A stretch of 64,000 nt of DNA, taken from Macrostomum lignano (taxonomy: Eukaryota). Of this stretch, positions 1 through 10,468 are shown piece by piece. Where the stretch lies: assembly GCA_002269645.1 (NCBI GenBank), contig NIVC01003246.1, positions 1 through 64,000 of the forward strand. Reading direction: 5' to 3'. The notes under the pieces were generated by a model, which worked only from the letters and a program-made list of their open reading frames with translations, was not told the DNA's origin and searched no databases. Position 1 is the stretch's first letter. Each line of letters opens with the position of its first letter. The position numbers and the translations under genes are program-made.

Positions 1-113
1 AAGTGGATTCAAAGGCCCGCAATATTTATAGCCGGGAAGTGTCCAGCCTTGTTTGGACGAGGAAGCTTTTCTATCAGTCCATGTGAATCTATTTTACCAC
101 CAGAGCGTTGCAT
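1..113 (-). pseudogene. Parvovirus VP1u-type phospholipase A2 (PLA2X-like), 5' part; one frameshift; continues off the window edge
   Basis: ATG at 113 gives MQRSGGKIDSHGLIEKLPRPNK. A 1-nt shift then gives GWTLPGYKYCGPLNPL, resembling the parvoviral PLA2 Ca-loop (LPGYKYLGPGN). Confidence 0.8.
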
Positions 114-143
114 TATTTTATTTAAAATTTTCTTTTTAAATAT

Positions 144-1162
144 ATGACAGATCAGAAACTTAAAAAACTCTACTACAGCGACAAAGGATTTTTGTAGGCA
201 AAATCTGTTTAGTAAACTCATGGAGCTGAGTAAGAGCCAAAAGCTACAGTAGAAAAATGGCTCTCTAAGCAGGCTGTCTTTCAAGTCTATTTCCCACCAG
301 TAAAATTTGAAAGGCCCCATTTCAGTATATTATATAACTAATGAAGCGCACCAGCAGATCTTTTGTTCTCCCAACGACTCAGGCTACAAGTATGCTCTTA
401 CAATTATTACATTGCTTCCAGATATAAGGAAGCTCGCCCACTCAAGACGAAGAAGTCAGAGGTTGTTGCCAGCGCACTGCAAGATATTTATAAAAACTCT
501 CACTCACATACCCCAAATCTTTATGACCGACCCGGGTAAGGAATTCATGGGTGTAGTGAATCCCTTATGGAAAAGAAAAACACGAGATTCGCTATGGCAG
601 AACAAACTTGCACAGAGACTAGGCTTTTGTGGAAAGATTCAATCTAACTCTAGCAAGAGGCTATTCACTAAGCAGACAGCTGAAGAGCTGAAAAAAAAGT
701 GCGGACAATATACCAAGTGGTCAGACCGGCTCCCCACTGTTATAGAGCAACTGAACAATGAAGTCACACGTATGACTGGATTGAAACCATCCCATGCAAT
801 TAAACAAGACACTGTCAACTTAAGCACTCAAAGAACAGACAACAAACACTACAACCCCACACAACACACACAACACAAAACACACTCGAACTACCCTAAG
901 CTTCCAGGAGTTGAATCACCATACATACTGACAAACTCTGAGTTTCTACGCTTTTATATCTACCTGGAGAGCTAGAGAAGGACACAAAAGAAGAGCTACA
1001 GATCCATACTTCAGCCTGATGTACATATAAAATAGACAGACATTTTACCTCCGACTCGGTGACTATTACTTTTTATCTCAAGCCTTTAACCCTAAATCCC
1101 CCACGCGGTCATTCACTAGAGCTGAACTCCTAGTGATACCAGCTGACACAGAAATTAATTAA
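144..1162 (+). pseudogene. INT: Polinton retroviral-like (rve) integrase, with several frameshifts and a stop
   Basis: Pieced across frames: MTDQKLKKLYYSDKGF, EKWLSKQAVFQVYFPP, YKYALTII, ASRYKEARPLKTKKSEVVASALQDIYK, TDPGKEFMG, RLPTVIEQLNNEVTRMTGLKP, LPGELEKDTKRRATDPYFS, TRSFTRAELLVIPADTEIN*. Confidence 0.9.
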
Positions 1163-1177
1163 AATATTAAAAAAAAA

Positions 1178-1630
1178 ATGACAAAGATTGAAACCAGAAC
1201 CATCAATAAACTCAATAAAATCATTGAATCAAAGAAACCAGGTCTTATATCAATTAAAGGTATCAAAGTAAAAATCGATCCCACACAGCAAATAGTTCAT
1301 GTAATGAGCAAAGACACAGCATCACAGATGAAAAGTCAGGAGGAATCCTACCATTAGCAGCTCTTTATCCGATTATTGCAGGCGCTGTAAGTGCCGCAGG
1401 TGGTGTAGGGAGGTGTAGCAACTGCTGTTAAAGCTGGTAATGATAGAGCCCACCAGCTGAATTGCAAAAGATTGCAAGAGACAAAGGTATAACAATTAAG
1501 GCAGGAGATGGCTGCCCTGATTTTGATGATTGTGATGATTGTGAGCATGAAAATTCTGTAAGCAAGTCTGACATTGTCAAAGCAATCATGACACTGCACA
1601 ATGCTGGGTTTACAATAATGCGGATGTGAT
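1178..1630 (+). pseudogene. Small core/virion protein with an adenovirus pX(mu)-like GG-ILPL hydrophobic segment; frameshifted
   Basis: MTKIETRTINKLNK...MKS, then shifted frames give GGILPLAALYPIIAGAVSAAGGVG and GVATAVKAGND...AIMTLHNAGFTIMRM*. Compare adenovirus pX MRGGILPLLIPLIAAAIGAVPGIA. Confidence 0.6.
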
Positions 1631-1746
1631 GAGGTTTAAAACCCCACTTATCCAGCTTCATAAACCTAACTACTTATAGGATGTAGAAACAGTTCAACTT
1701 TCTATCAGGGTGGTCACCCTCAAAATTTTTTTTATTTAGAGAAAAA

Positions 1747-4700
1747 ATGCCAAAAGCTAATCCAGCAAAAGATTTAGTCAACAAATATTTTTCAAAAGGC
1801 GTCTCATTTCAAGACAAAAGTAATTCACTAAGAGAAGCATGCAAACAAAAGTTCAACACCGACCCTGGTCACCTGGGAAGCTATGAAAAACAGTTGGAAA
1901 TCATCAATCAATTAGAATCAACCAGTATGCGCCTATAAAAATTCTGCAAAGGAACACCAAGAGAGGAGTCGCAACTTAGTTAACAAATACGAAACTCTCA
2001 CTGGCGTGAAAAAGCAAAGTACCACAAAATAAGCAGGAACAAGAGAAATTAGAGCAATTAATCCATTTAAAAGAGTCGGAGCTTGCCACTGAAGAGATTA
2101 ATTTTGCACAGAGGAAGTTTACAGAACATTACATAGAGTACACAATCCCAATTAACGGCACAACGTACCACCGCAAATATCTACGACTATAAAGACAGCA
2201 TCCAATCAGTTGTTGATCACACACTCAAAACACGCAAGACTTTTAAACTACAGATATCATTCAAGATTGCGTTTTATATGCCTGCAAACCACTGAGCATC
2301 TCGAGTATTACATGACAACAAAGGCAAAGCCATTCACCCCTACAGACACACTGGATCCTTTCCTTCAAGATGTCACTAAGAAAATTGAAGCGTTTACATC
2401 CAGAGGTTCCGGATGGGTCGTAGAGGGATTCAAAGACAACTGTCATGGTCATGAAATATGACCCACTTAAAGCCTCCTCTTATATAGAGCTCCCACATAA
2501 GCTAGCCGGAAAAAAGCTTGCATAAATGTTAAAAATAAAGACAATTGCTGTGCTCTATGGGCAGTTTTTTCTGCACTTTTCATGATAGTGTCCTCACCAC
2601 CCCGAAAGAACCTCAAATTATCAAAATTATTTCAACTACTATCTCATCGAATGCGAAAAGAAGGGAATCAGGTTTGACAAAGGAGGCTTGGCGATCTCTC
2701 AGATCCCAAAGCTAGAAGAAGTGTTTAATAACAAAATTAGAATCACAGTCTTTGAATGGAGTGAAAAACTGAGAAAGTTCAACCGGTCAGATGTAGCAAA
2801 GACGTTTTAGATCCTGAGGGGAAAAGGCGGACTGAAGTGGATCTTCTAGTGATTGGTAATTTACTAGAGGAGGCTCACTATGTTTGGATTAAAGATCTTT
2901 CAAGACTCATTCACAAGCAGTTGAATAATCATCACGAGGCTGTTGCCATCTGCCGCTTGTGCCTTAAGCATTACAGTGGACCTGAACGCTTTGAAAAGCT
3001 AACAGAGCATGAATTATCATGCGAGGATCACCCGACAAACTGCTCTCTTCCTTCAGCTGAAGAGAAGTATCTCCGTTTTAAGAACTATCACAAGATGGAG
3101 AAGCTCCCATGTATATGCTGATTTCGAATGCTCAATCATGCCGGAAACACAAAAACAAACTCAAACTCAAAAAACAAACTCAAACTCAAAAACATGTCCC
3201 CAATTCAGTAGCATATGCCTTTATTACTACAAAAGGACTTGTTGAGTATAATATTTCTTTGGAGAGCAGTGTGTGGAGCAGTTTATTGCCAGAATGTTAG
3301 AGTTGCAAAAAGTGATTAGCACCCTTCAACCTGTTCCAATAATGATGACTGAGGAGGATGAAAGCAATTTCCTATCAGCAACTCATTGCCACATCTGCAG
3401 GAAACATTAACTTGCACTGATATTAAAAAACCCACCGTTAGGACCACTGCCACTTTACTGGGAAATTTAGAGGCGCGCGCATAACACCTGTAATCTAAAG
3501 CTAAAATCGAACATTCATGATCTAACGATATTTTGTCACAACGCAAAGAACTATGACATGCATTTAATAGTTGAAAAAATCGGCATGATTCCAGACATAC
3601 ACCTTGATTGCATCGCAGAGAACAAGGAGAAGTTTAAGTGTGTTGATATTAAACAGGATAATTCGGTAAAGGTGAAGGTTCGGGTACAGGTAAAATAAGA
3701 CTGAAGGATTCATATCAATTTCTAGCTGCCAGTCTAGACGAACTAAGCAAGAATCTAAAAGATGAACAATGTACATATACAAAGATGTTTGCAAGTAAAA
3801 TTAACAACAGTGATGAATCATTTAAACTTTTAAGAAAGAAAGGCTTCTACCCCTATGAAAATATTACTGGGTATCACGTATTTGAAGAGGTTTACCACCA
3901 CAAGAAAGTTCTTTTCAAACTAACAGACTCTGGAATCTCTGACAAAGACTATGAGCACGCGAAGCATGTCTATAATTACTTTAATTGTCAAAACTTCTTC
4001 CAGTATCACCTGCTTTACCTCTTCACAGATGTGTTTCTGCTGGCTGATGTGTTTGAAACCTTCAGATACACCTGGTACACAGCATATGGCCTCGATCCAG
4101 CACATTATGTGTCTCTGCCTGCCACTAGCTGGGAATCTTTGCTTAAAATGAAATGGGATCAAGATCCAGATTGGTACATTGAACTTCTTACAGACATTGA
4201 CATGTACAATTTTGTCGAATCGTCAAAGCGAGGGGGAATCTCAATTTGCGTTAACAGGTATGCAAAAGCAAACAATCCCTACATTGAATCTTACAATAAG
4301 GAGCAGCCCTCAAACTACATTACTTACTTGGACGCTAATAATCTCTACGGGTGGGCGATGAGTCAAGATCTTCCAGTTAGAGATTTTCGATGGCTACCCT
4401 CATCAGAACTAAAGTGGGACTTTTCATTGGCTGCCATTTATGAGTTGATGTTTACATTCCACCAGAGCTTCACGACTATTTCTCTGACTTTCCACCCTTC
4501 CCAGAGAACATCAAGTGCCCGAAAATAATCGAAACTCCCAATGATAATAATGGAACTTGGCGCTTGTCAGGAACAGAAAAAGAACATACAGAGAAACTAA
4601 CACAGAATCTAAACAACAAGACACGTTACAAAATTCATTACAAACTGCTTCAGTATTTTATCTCACTTGGTTGCAGGGTCACCAAAGTTCACAGGGCTCT

Positions 4701-5610
4701 TACATTTACAGAGGAAGCGTGGATGAAACCCTACATTGATAAGAACACCCAGTTTAGGACCAAAGCAACCAACGACTTTGACAAGAACCTCTTTAAGTTG
4801 GCCAACAACTCTGTCTATGGCAAGACTCTTGAGAATGAGCGGAAAAGAACAAACCTGAAACTTGTTACCTCATCAGAGCCTGCTGTTATTCAGGCAAATA
4901 TGTCAAAGCCAACATTCAAAGAACTCCATATCTTTAATAGCTACTTAGGTGTGATCATATTTTACAAAACCAAGGTGACGTTGCGCAAGCCGATCTATAC
5001 AGGTGTCACTGTTCTCGACGAATCAAAACGTTTGATGTACCAGTTCTTCTATGGCATGAAGCAGCAGTACAAGGATAAAATGAAACTCTTGTACACCGAC
5101 ACAGACAGTTTTATTATGGACATTCAAACAGCAGACATTTATCAGGACATGCTGCAGCAAAAAGATTTGTTTGACTTGTCTGAGTATGATGAATCTTGCA
5201 GGACGCTGAATGGTGATCAAGTGTTTGACGCTACTAACAAGAAAGTGATTGGGAAAATGAAGGACGAGATTGCTGGTGACATAATCACTGAATTCATTGG
5301 GTTGAGAGCAAAGTCCTATTTTGTAAAATGTGAGTCGTCAGACCCAATCAAAAAATCAAAGGGAATTCCGAAACGTGTAGTTAGGAAGGAAATTAATGAA
5401 GCTGAATACAGAGACGCCTTGAATTGCAACAAAAAGACATCACATGAGTTCTCAAAGCTACAATCTAAAAACCATATTATTCACACAATTCAGCAAAAGA
5501 AGATTGGACTGTCAGGTGCAGATAACAAGAGATTCATTTTTGATGACAATATCAACAGTCTACCGTTCGGGCATTGGAGGTTAGGTTTAGGAGGTGGATA
5601 TTGGGTTTAG
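1747..5610 (+). pseudogene. pPolB: Protein-primed family B DNA polymerase with N-terminal extension and endonuclease VII-like insert; multiple frameshifts
   Basis: Motifs in order: RGSGW, YDPLKASSYIELP, NVKNKDNCCALW, HYVWIKDLSRL, YADFE, CHIC...DHCHFTGKFRG..HNTCNL, FCHNAKNYD, KDSYQFLAASLD, FYPYE, YLDANNLYGWAM, KLANNSVYGK, YTDTDS, GKMKDE, GLRAKSY, KSKG, DNKR. Confidence 0.95.
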
Positions 5611-5643
5611 GTTTGAGAGAAAGTTTAATAAACCTCATAAAAA

Positions 5644-6045
5644 ATGACAACAAATAACTTTCTTGAAGATTTGGCTAACGAACTGGAAATCCCAAACTTT
5701 AGAGGAATATTTATGAGGGACACTCTGCCTGATTTTCCTCTAAGAAAAGAATGCGGCATCATGAACTTTGACACCACCGATAACCAGGATCTCATTGGGT
5801 TTGCTGGGTGATTGATCCCGATCGCAAGCACAAGTGTTATTACTTCGATAGCTATGGGACGGCAGTACCAGAAGAGCTAAGAAATTATATGAAGGGAAAA
5901 AATAATAAAAAAAAATTATCGCTCAGACTTTATTCTCCAAGGTCTTAGCAGTGATATTTGCGGTGAGCTGTGCATGACTGTTTTGTATGCAATGACCAAA
6001 ACACGAAAGACCTACAAGGAAATTATTCTTGGCTGTGTTTCATAG
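5644..6045 (+). pseudogene. PRO: Adenain-like cysteine protease (C5), about two frameshifts; absent from the ORF track
   Basis: MTTNNFLEDLANELEIPNFRGIFMRDTLP...ECGIMNFD, then GSHWVCW, YYFDSYGTAVPEEL, and LQGLSSDICGELC. His, Asp, Gln and Cys catalytic motifs are in the expected order. Confidence 0.9.
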
Positions 6046-6776
6046 GGTTCATTGTGTGTATTTCTCGTTGTCCTTCTTGCCGAATTTCTTGCCGACTTTC
6101 TTTCCACATAATGTTGAAGAACTTTCTCGAGTTCATTTCTCAGCTGACTCATGTCATCAGTACCGACCATGTTCAAGTTCATTCGAATTGATTGTTCATA
6201 AAGATCCTGAATGGTTTTGAACTCATCCTCTGAAATGAACTTATCCTCGATTGCCCTTGAAATGTACCCTATGATTGAAGTGTGCACCCCTGTCTCTTTT
6301 ACTTGCTTCTCCTGTAGCTGCTTTAGTTTTTTTCGCCTGTTTCGCGCTAATGCTCCAGTAATTGCTGAAATAAGTCCACATGCAGCACCCACAGAGCCGA
6401 GCGGGATTGCGATTGGGGCTGTGATGACTGGCAACACTGAGACAGCTGCAGCAGATCCAGATAGAACAGACACAGATCCTAGAATCATATTGCTGTAGTC
6501 GAAAAATTTACAGTGGTTGTCATAGCGCTTAATTTTCTTTGTGTTGTGGAAAATATTTTTTTCAAGATCATCGCGCATTTTTTGAATCTCCACCAGTCGA
6601 AACTGCTGAGAGTTACAAGTAATGACGGGGTAGAGTTTTTGTTGCTCATATTGAGGTGCATTCAGATTCGGTGCCAGGTTTTGTGTGTTCGAATTCGGTG
6701 CCATTGAGTTTGGTGCTGTCGGTATTTTAGGTTCAACGTATTGAGACTGATCGTATAGAGAATTTTGTTGGGCCAT
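6012..6776 (-). CDS. Polinton-type putative membrane protein (central hydrophobic hairpin flanked by helical regions)
   Basis: Open ORF; likely ATG at 6776 (AAAAAATG context). LYPV..FRLVEIQKMRDDLE, hydrophobic ILGSVSVLSGSAAAVSVLPVITAPIAIPLGSVGAACGLISAITGAL, basic RRKK, then ISRAIEDKFISEDEF. This pattern recalls conserved Polinton accessory proteins (from memory). Confidence 0.7.
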   Translation of the reverse strand: MAQQNSLYDQSQYVEPKIPTAPNSMAPNSNTQNLAPNLNAPQYEQQKLYPVITCNSQQFRLVEIQKMRDDLEKNIFHNTKKIKRYDNHCKFFDYSNMILGSVSVLSGSAAAVSVLPVITAPIAIPLGSVGAACGLISAITGALARNRRKKLKQLQEKQVKETGVHTSIIGYISRAIEDKFISEDEFKTIQDLYEQSIRMNLNMVGTDDMSQLRNELEKVLQHYVERKSARNSARRTTRNTHNEPYETQPRIISL

Positions 6777-6867
6777 TTTTTCTCTAGAAAAAATAAAAAA
6801 AATTATAAAACTATCCGGTTGAAAGATCTGTTTTCTTTTTGATAATTCCATCTGCACCGCCGGTTGT

Positions 6868-7687
6868 CTAGGCGGCTCTCGTGACGCCGGAGGATCGCGA
6901 GTCCAGCAGGCAGCGGCTGGGCGGCTGACGTTTGAGAGCGTGCCGGATTACTCCGGCGGGGTCCAGAGCTCCTTCTACTCGATCTGTAGACATGACCGGA
7001 CGAGCAGCAGATTCTGCTTCATCAATAGCAATGTCACGAAGATTGAGTGTTCTCTCCAGACGATCAAGCCTCCTTAGTATTTTACCCCAGGAGCTATACA
7101 TTCCGTTTAGATAGCTACTGTGTGATACATCCTTTCTCTTTAATGCTTCAAGTCTTTCTTTGATTCGATCATGCAACGATGTTGACTGAGTCATGAACTC
7201 TTCTAAATTATTGACTTTACCTGTAATGGTTGCGACGTTTTCTTTAATTCTATCATGCAACGCTGTTGACTGGTTCATGAACTCTTCTAAATTATTTACT
7301 TTAGCTGTGTTTGTGAAAACTCCTCCTTCAAGAATACGCATCCGTCTATCAGTGGAATTTCCCAGAAGATTAACTGATGATCTCAAGCCGTTGATTAGCG
7401 AGACTATCGAAGTTATTTCTGACCTAAGTTCATTAGTTGCGTTTAACAACGGCACATAAAGCTTATCACTGTCAAACTTCTGTTCTAGCTACTTTAAGCC
7501 TGAGATCTTCTATGTTTATCTGTAGCTGGTGCATGGAGCGCTCTAGGGCTTTCAGTCTGTTTTTATTCAGTTTGATCTCTGGGATCTTTTCGTCGCTGTT
7601 GATATATCGCCTGTCAAGTATGGATATTTGAGCTGATGTAAGAGCGCTGTTGCCAGAAATGGATTCACCTGCAAAGTTTATCGACAT
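6868..7687 (-). CDS. Coiled-coil orphan protein; probably one gene split by a 1-nt frameshift near 7485 (or two small ORFs)
   Basis: ORF 7472..7687 (MSINFAG...) abuts ORF 6868..7455. The downstream frame is open back to LEQKFDSDKLYVPLL at ~7487. Internal repeat KVNNLEEFMxQSTxLHDRIKE occurs twice. Confidence 0.55.
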
Positions 7688-7703
7688 CTTTTAATAGCAA
7701 ATT

Positions 7704-8504
7704 TTAAATTACAGTTCTTTTTTCTTTGCTGATAATCACAAACTGGTAAGGCTGATTCCACTTGTCATAGCAAAGATTAACGAATTCCTCTTGTGAAATC
7801 TTTCTGCTTGAGTTTTTTGTTGGATTTATGAAATAGGCAGGCGCAATGACCTCATTGTAAAATCTTTTTAACCTGTCCTGTGGAATGGTTGGAAACAGGA
7901 GAATCAGATTGCAGTTCCCGCGAATTGTTTTGTTCGGGAGCTCGAACCAATTCTGTGCAATGTAAATTACATTACAATTGTTATGTCGCCCTCTTGTAAA
8001 ATAGTTTTCTATCTGCTTCTGTGGGCCTGTCATACAATCATCAAAGACGATCAAATGCTTTCTCCCCTTTTCTAGCTCATCTGGTTGGGGTAGAAGTTTG
8101 GTCTTTGGATCAGCCTGTGGATCTCCATAGGTGAACACTTTAATGTTCTGCCATTTTTCATTGTCTTTGAGGTGCTTTGCATATTCGGCAGCTACAATTT
8201 CTGGGTTACTGGGAAGGCTCATTTGGTTATTAAAACATGCAATAATGTCCTCTTTGTTCAGCTTGTTTTGAAGCCCTGCAATCAGCATTCTATACTCATC
8301 TTGATACAGTGTGGGAGAGTAGATGTGCAGAGTGTCATAGTCGATAAATCCAGGTCTAAGAAGCATGTTAAAGACTCTGAATGTTTTACCTGAACCTGAC
8401 GAACCAACAACAATGCATCTGAAGTGACTCGGGATTGACTCATGATGAGAAAACTTAATCTGATTACGCGTCCAGTGAGGATTGAAGTCGTTTGAAAAGT
8501 CCAT
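7704..8504 (-). CDS. ATP: A32/FtsK-like genome packaging ATPase
   Basis: Walker A IVVGSSGSGKT, Walker B LIVFDD, and FTRGRHNNCNVIYIAQ signature. The likely start is MDFSN at 8504; the upstream MTHLSPK repeats are an artefact of the 21-bp array. Confidence 0.95.
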   Translation of the reverse strand: MDFSNDFNPHWTRNQIKFSHHESIPSHFRCIVVGSSGSGKTFRVFNMLLRPGFIDYDTLHIYSPTLYQDEYRMLIAGLQNKLNKEDIIACFNNQMSLPSNPEIVAAEYAKHLKDNEKWQNIKVFTYGDPQADPKTKLLPQPDELEKGRKHLIVFDDCMTGPQKQIENYFTRGRHNNCNVIYIAQNWFELPNKTIRGNCNLILLFPTIPQDRLKRFYNEVIAPAYFINPTKNSSRKISQEEFVNLCYDKWNQPYQFVIISKEKRTVI

Positions 8505-8542
8505 TTTTTCTATGATGAAAAAAAATTTAAATAATAAATAAT

Positions 8543-8794
8543 TTAGATGTGTCATTTCGGGACTTAGATGTGTCATTTCGGGACTTAGATGTGTCATTTT
8601 GGGACTTAGATGTGTCATTTTGGGACTTAGATGTGTCATTTTGGGACTTAGATGTGTCATTTTGGGACTTAGATGTGTCATTTTGGGACTTAGATGTGTC
8701 ATTTTGGGACTTAGATGTGTCATTTTGGTACTTAATTGTGTCATTTTGGGACTTAGATGTGTCATTTTGGGACTTAGATGTGTCATTTTGGGAC
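8543..8794. repeat. 12 x 21-bp tandem array (TTAGATGTGTCATTTTGGGAC) inside the virus
   Basis: Twelve head-to-tail units counted, few substitutions, no spacers. Confidence 0.97.
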
Positions 8795-8838
8795 TAGTCT
8801 TGTACCTTTACATTTCTTGTACCCTCGGAAAGTACCCT

Positions 8839-9216
8839 TTAGTCAAATTTGAAACCACTTCCTTTTTTAATGCTAGCTTTCATCTTCTCATAGACTGCAG
8901 GGTCCACACTGTCTGGGTTTGGGGCCAGCGGAGCCAGAGGTTGAATCTCTTGTTTAGGTGTTACAGTATCCTTTATCTTTTTGGCTGCTGTGGCTACACT
9001 GCCAGCCGCTTCGGCAACGTTCTTGATGTTCTCTTTGTTCTCTCCAATGACCTTAAAAATCTTGGCCCCCTGAGCGATCAAATCGGCAAGGCCATTCCCA
9101 GAGCGTTCTTTTCTTGGATAGTGGCCTGCAGGGAAAAGTCCAGATCCGCGTTTAATGAGATTAAGTTCCTCTTTGTCATAGTATTTGTCCACGTCTTTCT
9201 CAAAAATAATCGGCAT
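8839..9216 (-). CDS. Small basic/amphipathic virion-type protein with three GxG motifs
   Basis: ATG at 9216 (MPIIFEK), 125 aa. RGSGL, SGNGL and KGSGF motifs; amphipathic LADLIAQGAKIFKVIG segment. Confidence 0.7.
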   Translation of the reverse strand: MPIIFEKDVDKYYDKEELNLIKRGSGLFPAGHYPRKERSGNGLADLIAQGAKIFKVIGENKENIKNVAEAAGSVATAAKKIKDTVTPKQEIQPLAPLAPNPDSVDPAVYEKMKASIKKGSGFKFD

Positions 9217-9232
9217 CTTTTTAAATAGAAAT

Positions 9233-10438
9233 TTATTTTTTGTTAAACCGTGAAAGCAAAAGTTCTCTTGCTCTTTTATCGATATATTTTCTCTCAAGCA
9301 TTTTGTCCAGGATGTTGACAAATTCTTTTCTATTCTCGTCTTTCATTCCGGTCTTTGCCGCTCCTAGAAGAACAGCTAACCGCTTGTAGAATTCAGGCAT
9401 GCCTTTTCCGGAAGAGCTTGGAGGTGATTCGAATGATTGGTCAGAGGAGGAACTGTCATGTGGCGCTTGTCTTTGTTGAGGTGTGAATACTCTGTCATTG
9501 ATTCGCTTCATTCGTTCTGGGGAGAGCCGCTCTAATTGTCGCCAAGTATCAGGGTTTGTATCTTTGTACTGGGAAATCTCATTTGGCCCTGCTTTTTCAA
9601 GCGCTTCTAGTACTTGTTCGGGTGTGATTTGTTGCTGTGGCGGTGGAGGTTGTTGTGGTTGTGGTTGTGTTTGTGGTTGCTGCCGTTGTGGTTGTTGTAG
9701 TTGTTGTTTTGGTTGCTGCTGTTGTGGTTGCTGCTGTTGTGGCTGTGGTTGTTGTCTTATGACCTCTTCTTGATCTGGCAAACCAAACCATTGTTTAAAG
9801 TATTTGTATTTTCTAAACCTGTTCAAGTCAATCCTGTTTTCATGTAAAACTTTCAAAACACCGTTGTTCTTGAGAATGTCTATGTCCCTCTCTAAAGCGA
9901 AGGTAACCAGATCTCTATAATTCTTTAATTGCTTCTCGGATATTTTTTCCTGATTTTTAGTCATGTAGTCGAGTAAACTTTGAGTGAAGGGGATTCGTTT
10001 AGTTTCTGCGCCTTTATTGATTGAAATAGTTTCCTTCGTCACTTCAATGTTGTAATCCGCCGGTTCCCCGGTGATATTTTTTCGCCAGGCGCTAATTCCA
10101 AATATATATTTTCCATCATCCGTTACGGGGCCAAAAAAGTTATCCGTCACTTTCATCTGCACTGGTTGTCCTGGTTGCTGAGCCTGTGGTTGTCCCGGTG
10201 AAGATGGGATTTTACCCAATGTGTTTTGCAACTGGCTCTCTTGAATATCATCAATTGTTTCCTTCACAGTGTCGATGTTTTTCTTCGCTTCTGTGTATCC
10301 AGGTTTGTGAAATTCGGTGGCTGCTTGGACGAATTCATTGTAAGATTGTTGTTCTTTGTTGATTAGTCCGGTAACTCGTTTCTCTGCTTGCGCCAGCTTT
10401 TCTAGTTCAGAGATATGATATGAACTTTTCCGCTTCAT
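9233..10438 (-). CDS. Polinton PZ-like protein with Q/P-rich linker
   Basis: Intact 401-aa ORF. C-terminal GKG.PEFYKRLAVLLGAAKTG...EFVNILDKMLERKYI resembles the conserved helical tail of Polinton PZ proteins (from memory). Confidence 0.65.
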   Translation of the reverse strand: MKRKSSYHISELEKLAQAEKRVTGLINKEQQSYNEFVQAATEFHKPGYTEAKKNIDTVKETIDDIQESQLQNTLGKIPSSPGQPQAQQPGQPVQMKVTDNFFGPVTDDGKYIFGISAWRKNITGEPADYNIEVTKETISINKGAETKRIPFTQSLLDYMTKNQEKISEKQLKNYRDLVTFALERDIDILKNNGVLKVLHENRIDLNRFRKYKYFKQWFGLPDQEEVIRQQPQPQQQQPQQQQPKQQLQQPQRQQPQTQPQPQQPPPPQQQITPEQVLEALEKAGPNEISQYKDTNPDTWRQLERLSPERMKRINDRVFTPQQRQAPHDSSSSDQSFESPPSSSGKGMPEFYKRLAVLLGAAKTGMKDENRKEFVNILDKMLERKYIDKRARELLLSRFNKK

Positions 10439-10468
10439 TTCTTATTTTATTTTATTTTTAGTTAAAAA

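Noticed and set aside
8505-8786. N-terminal MTHLSPK repeat extension of the ATPase
   Set aside because: It is a translation of the 21-bp array; a typical viral start context exists at 8504.
8543-8794. CRISPR array
   Set aside because: Units are head-to-tail with no unique spacers, there are no cas genes, and the context is eukaryotic.
9483-9773. Cys-rich metallothionein-like ORF
   Set aside because: It is the antisense shadow of the Q/P-rich linker of ORF 9233-10438.
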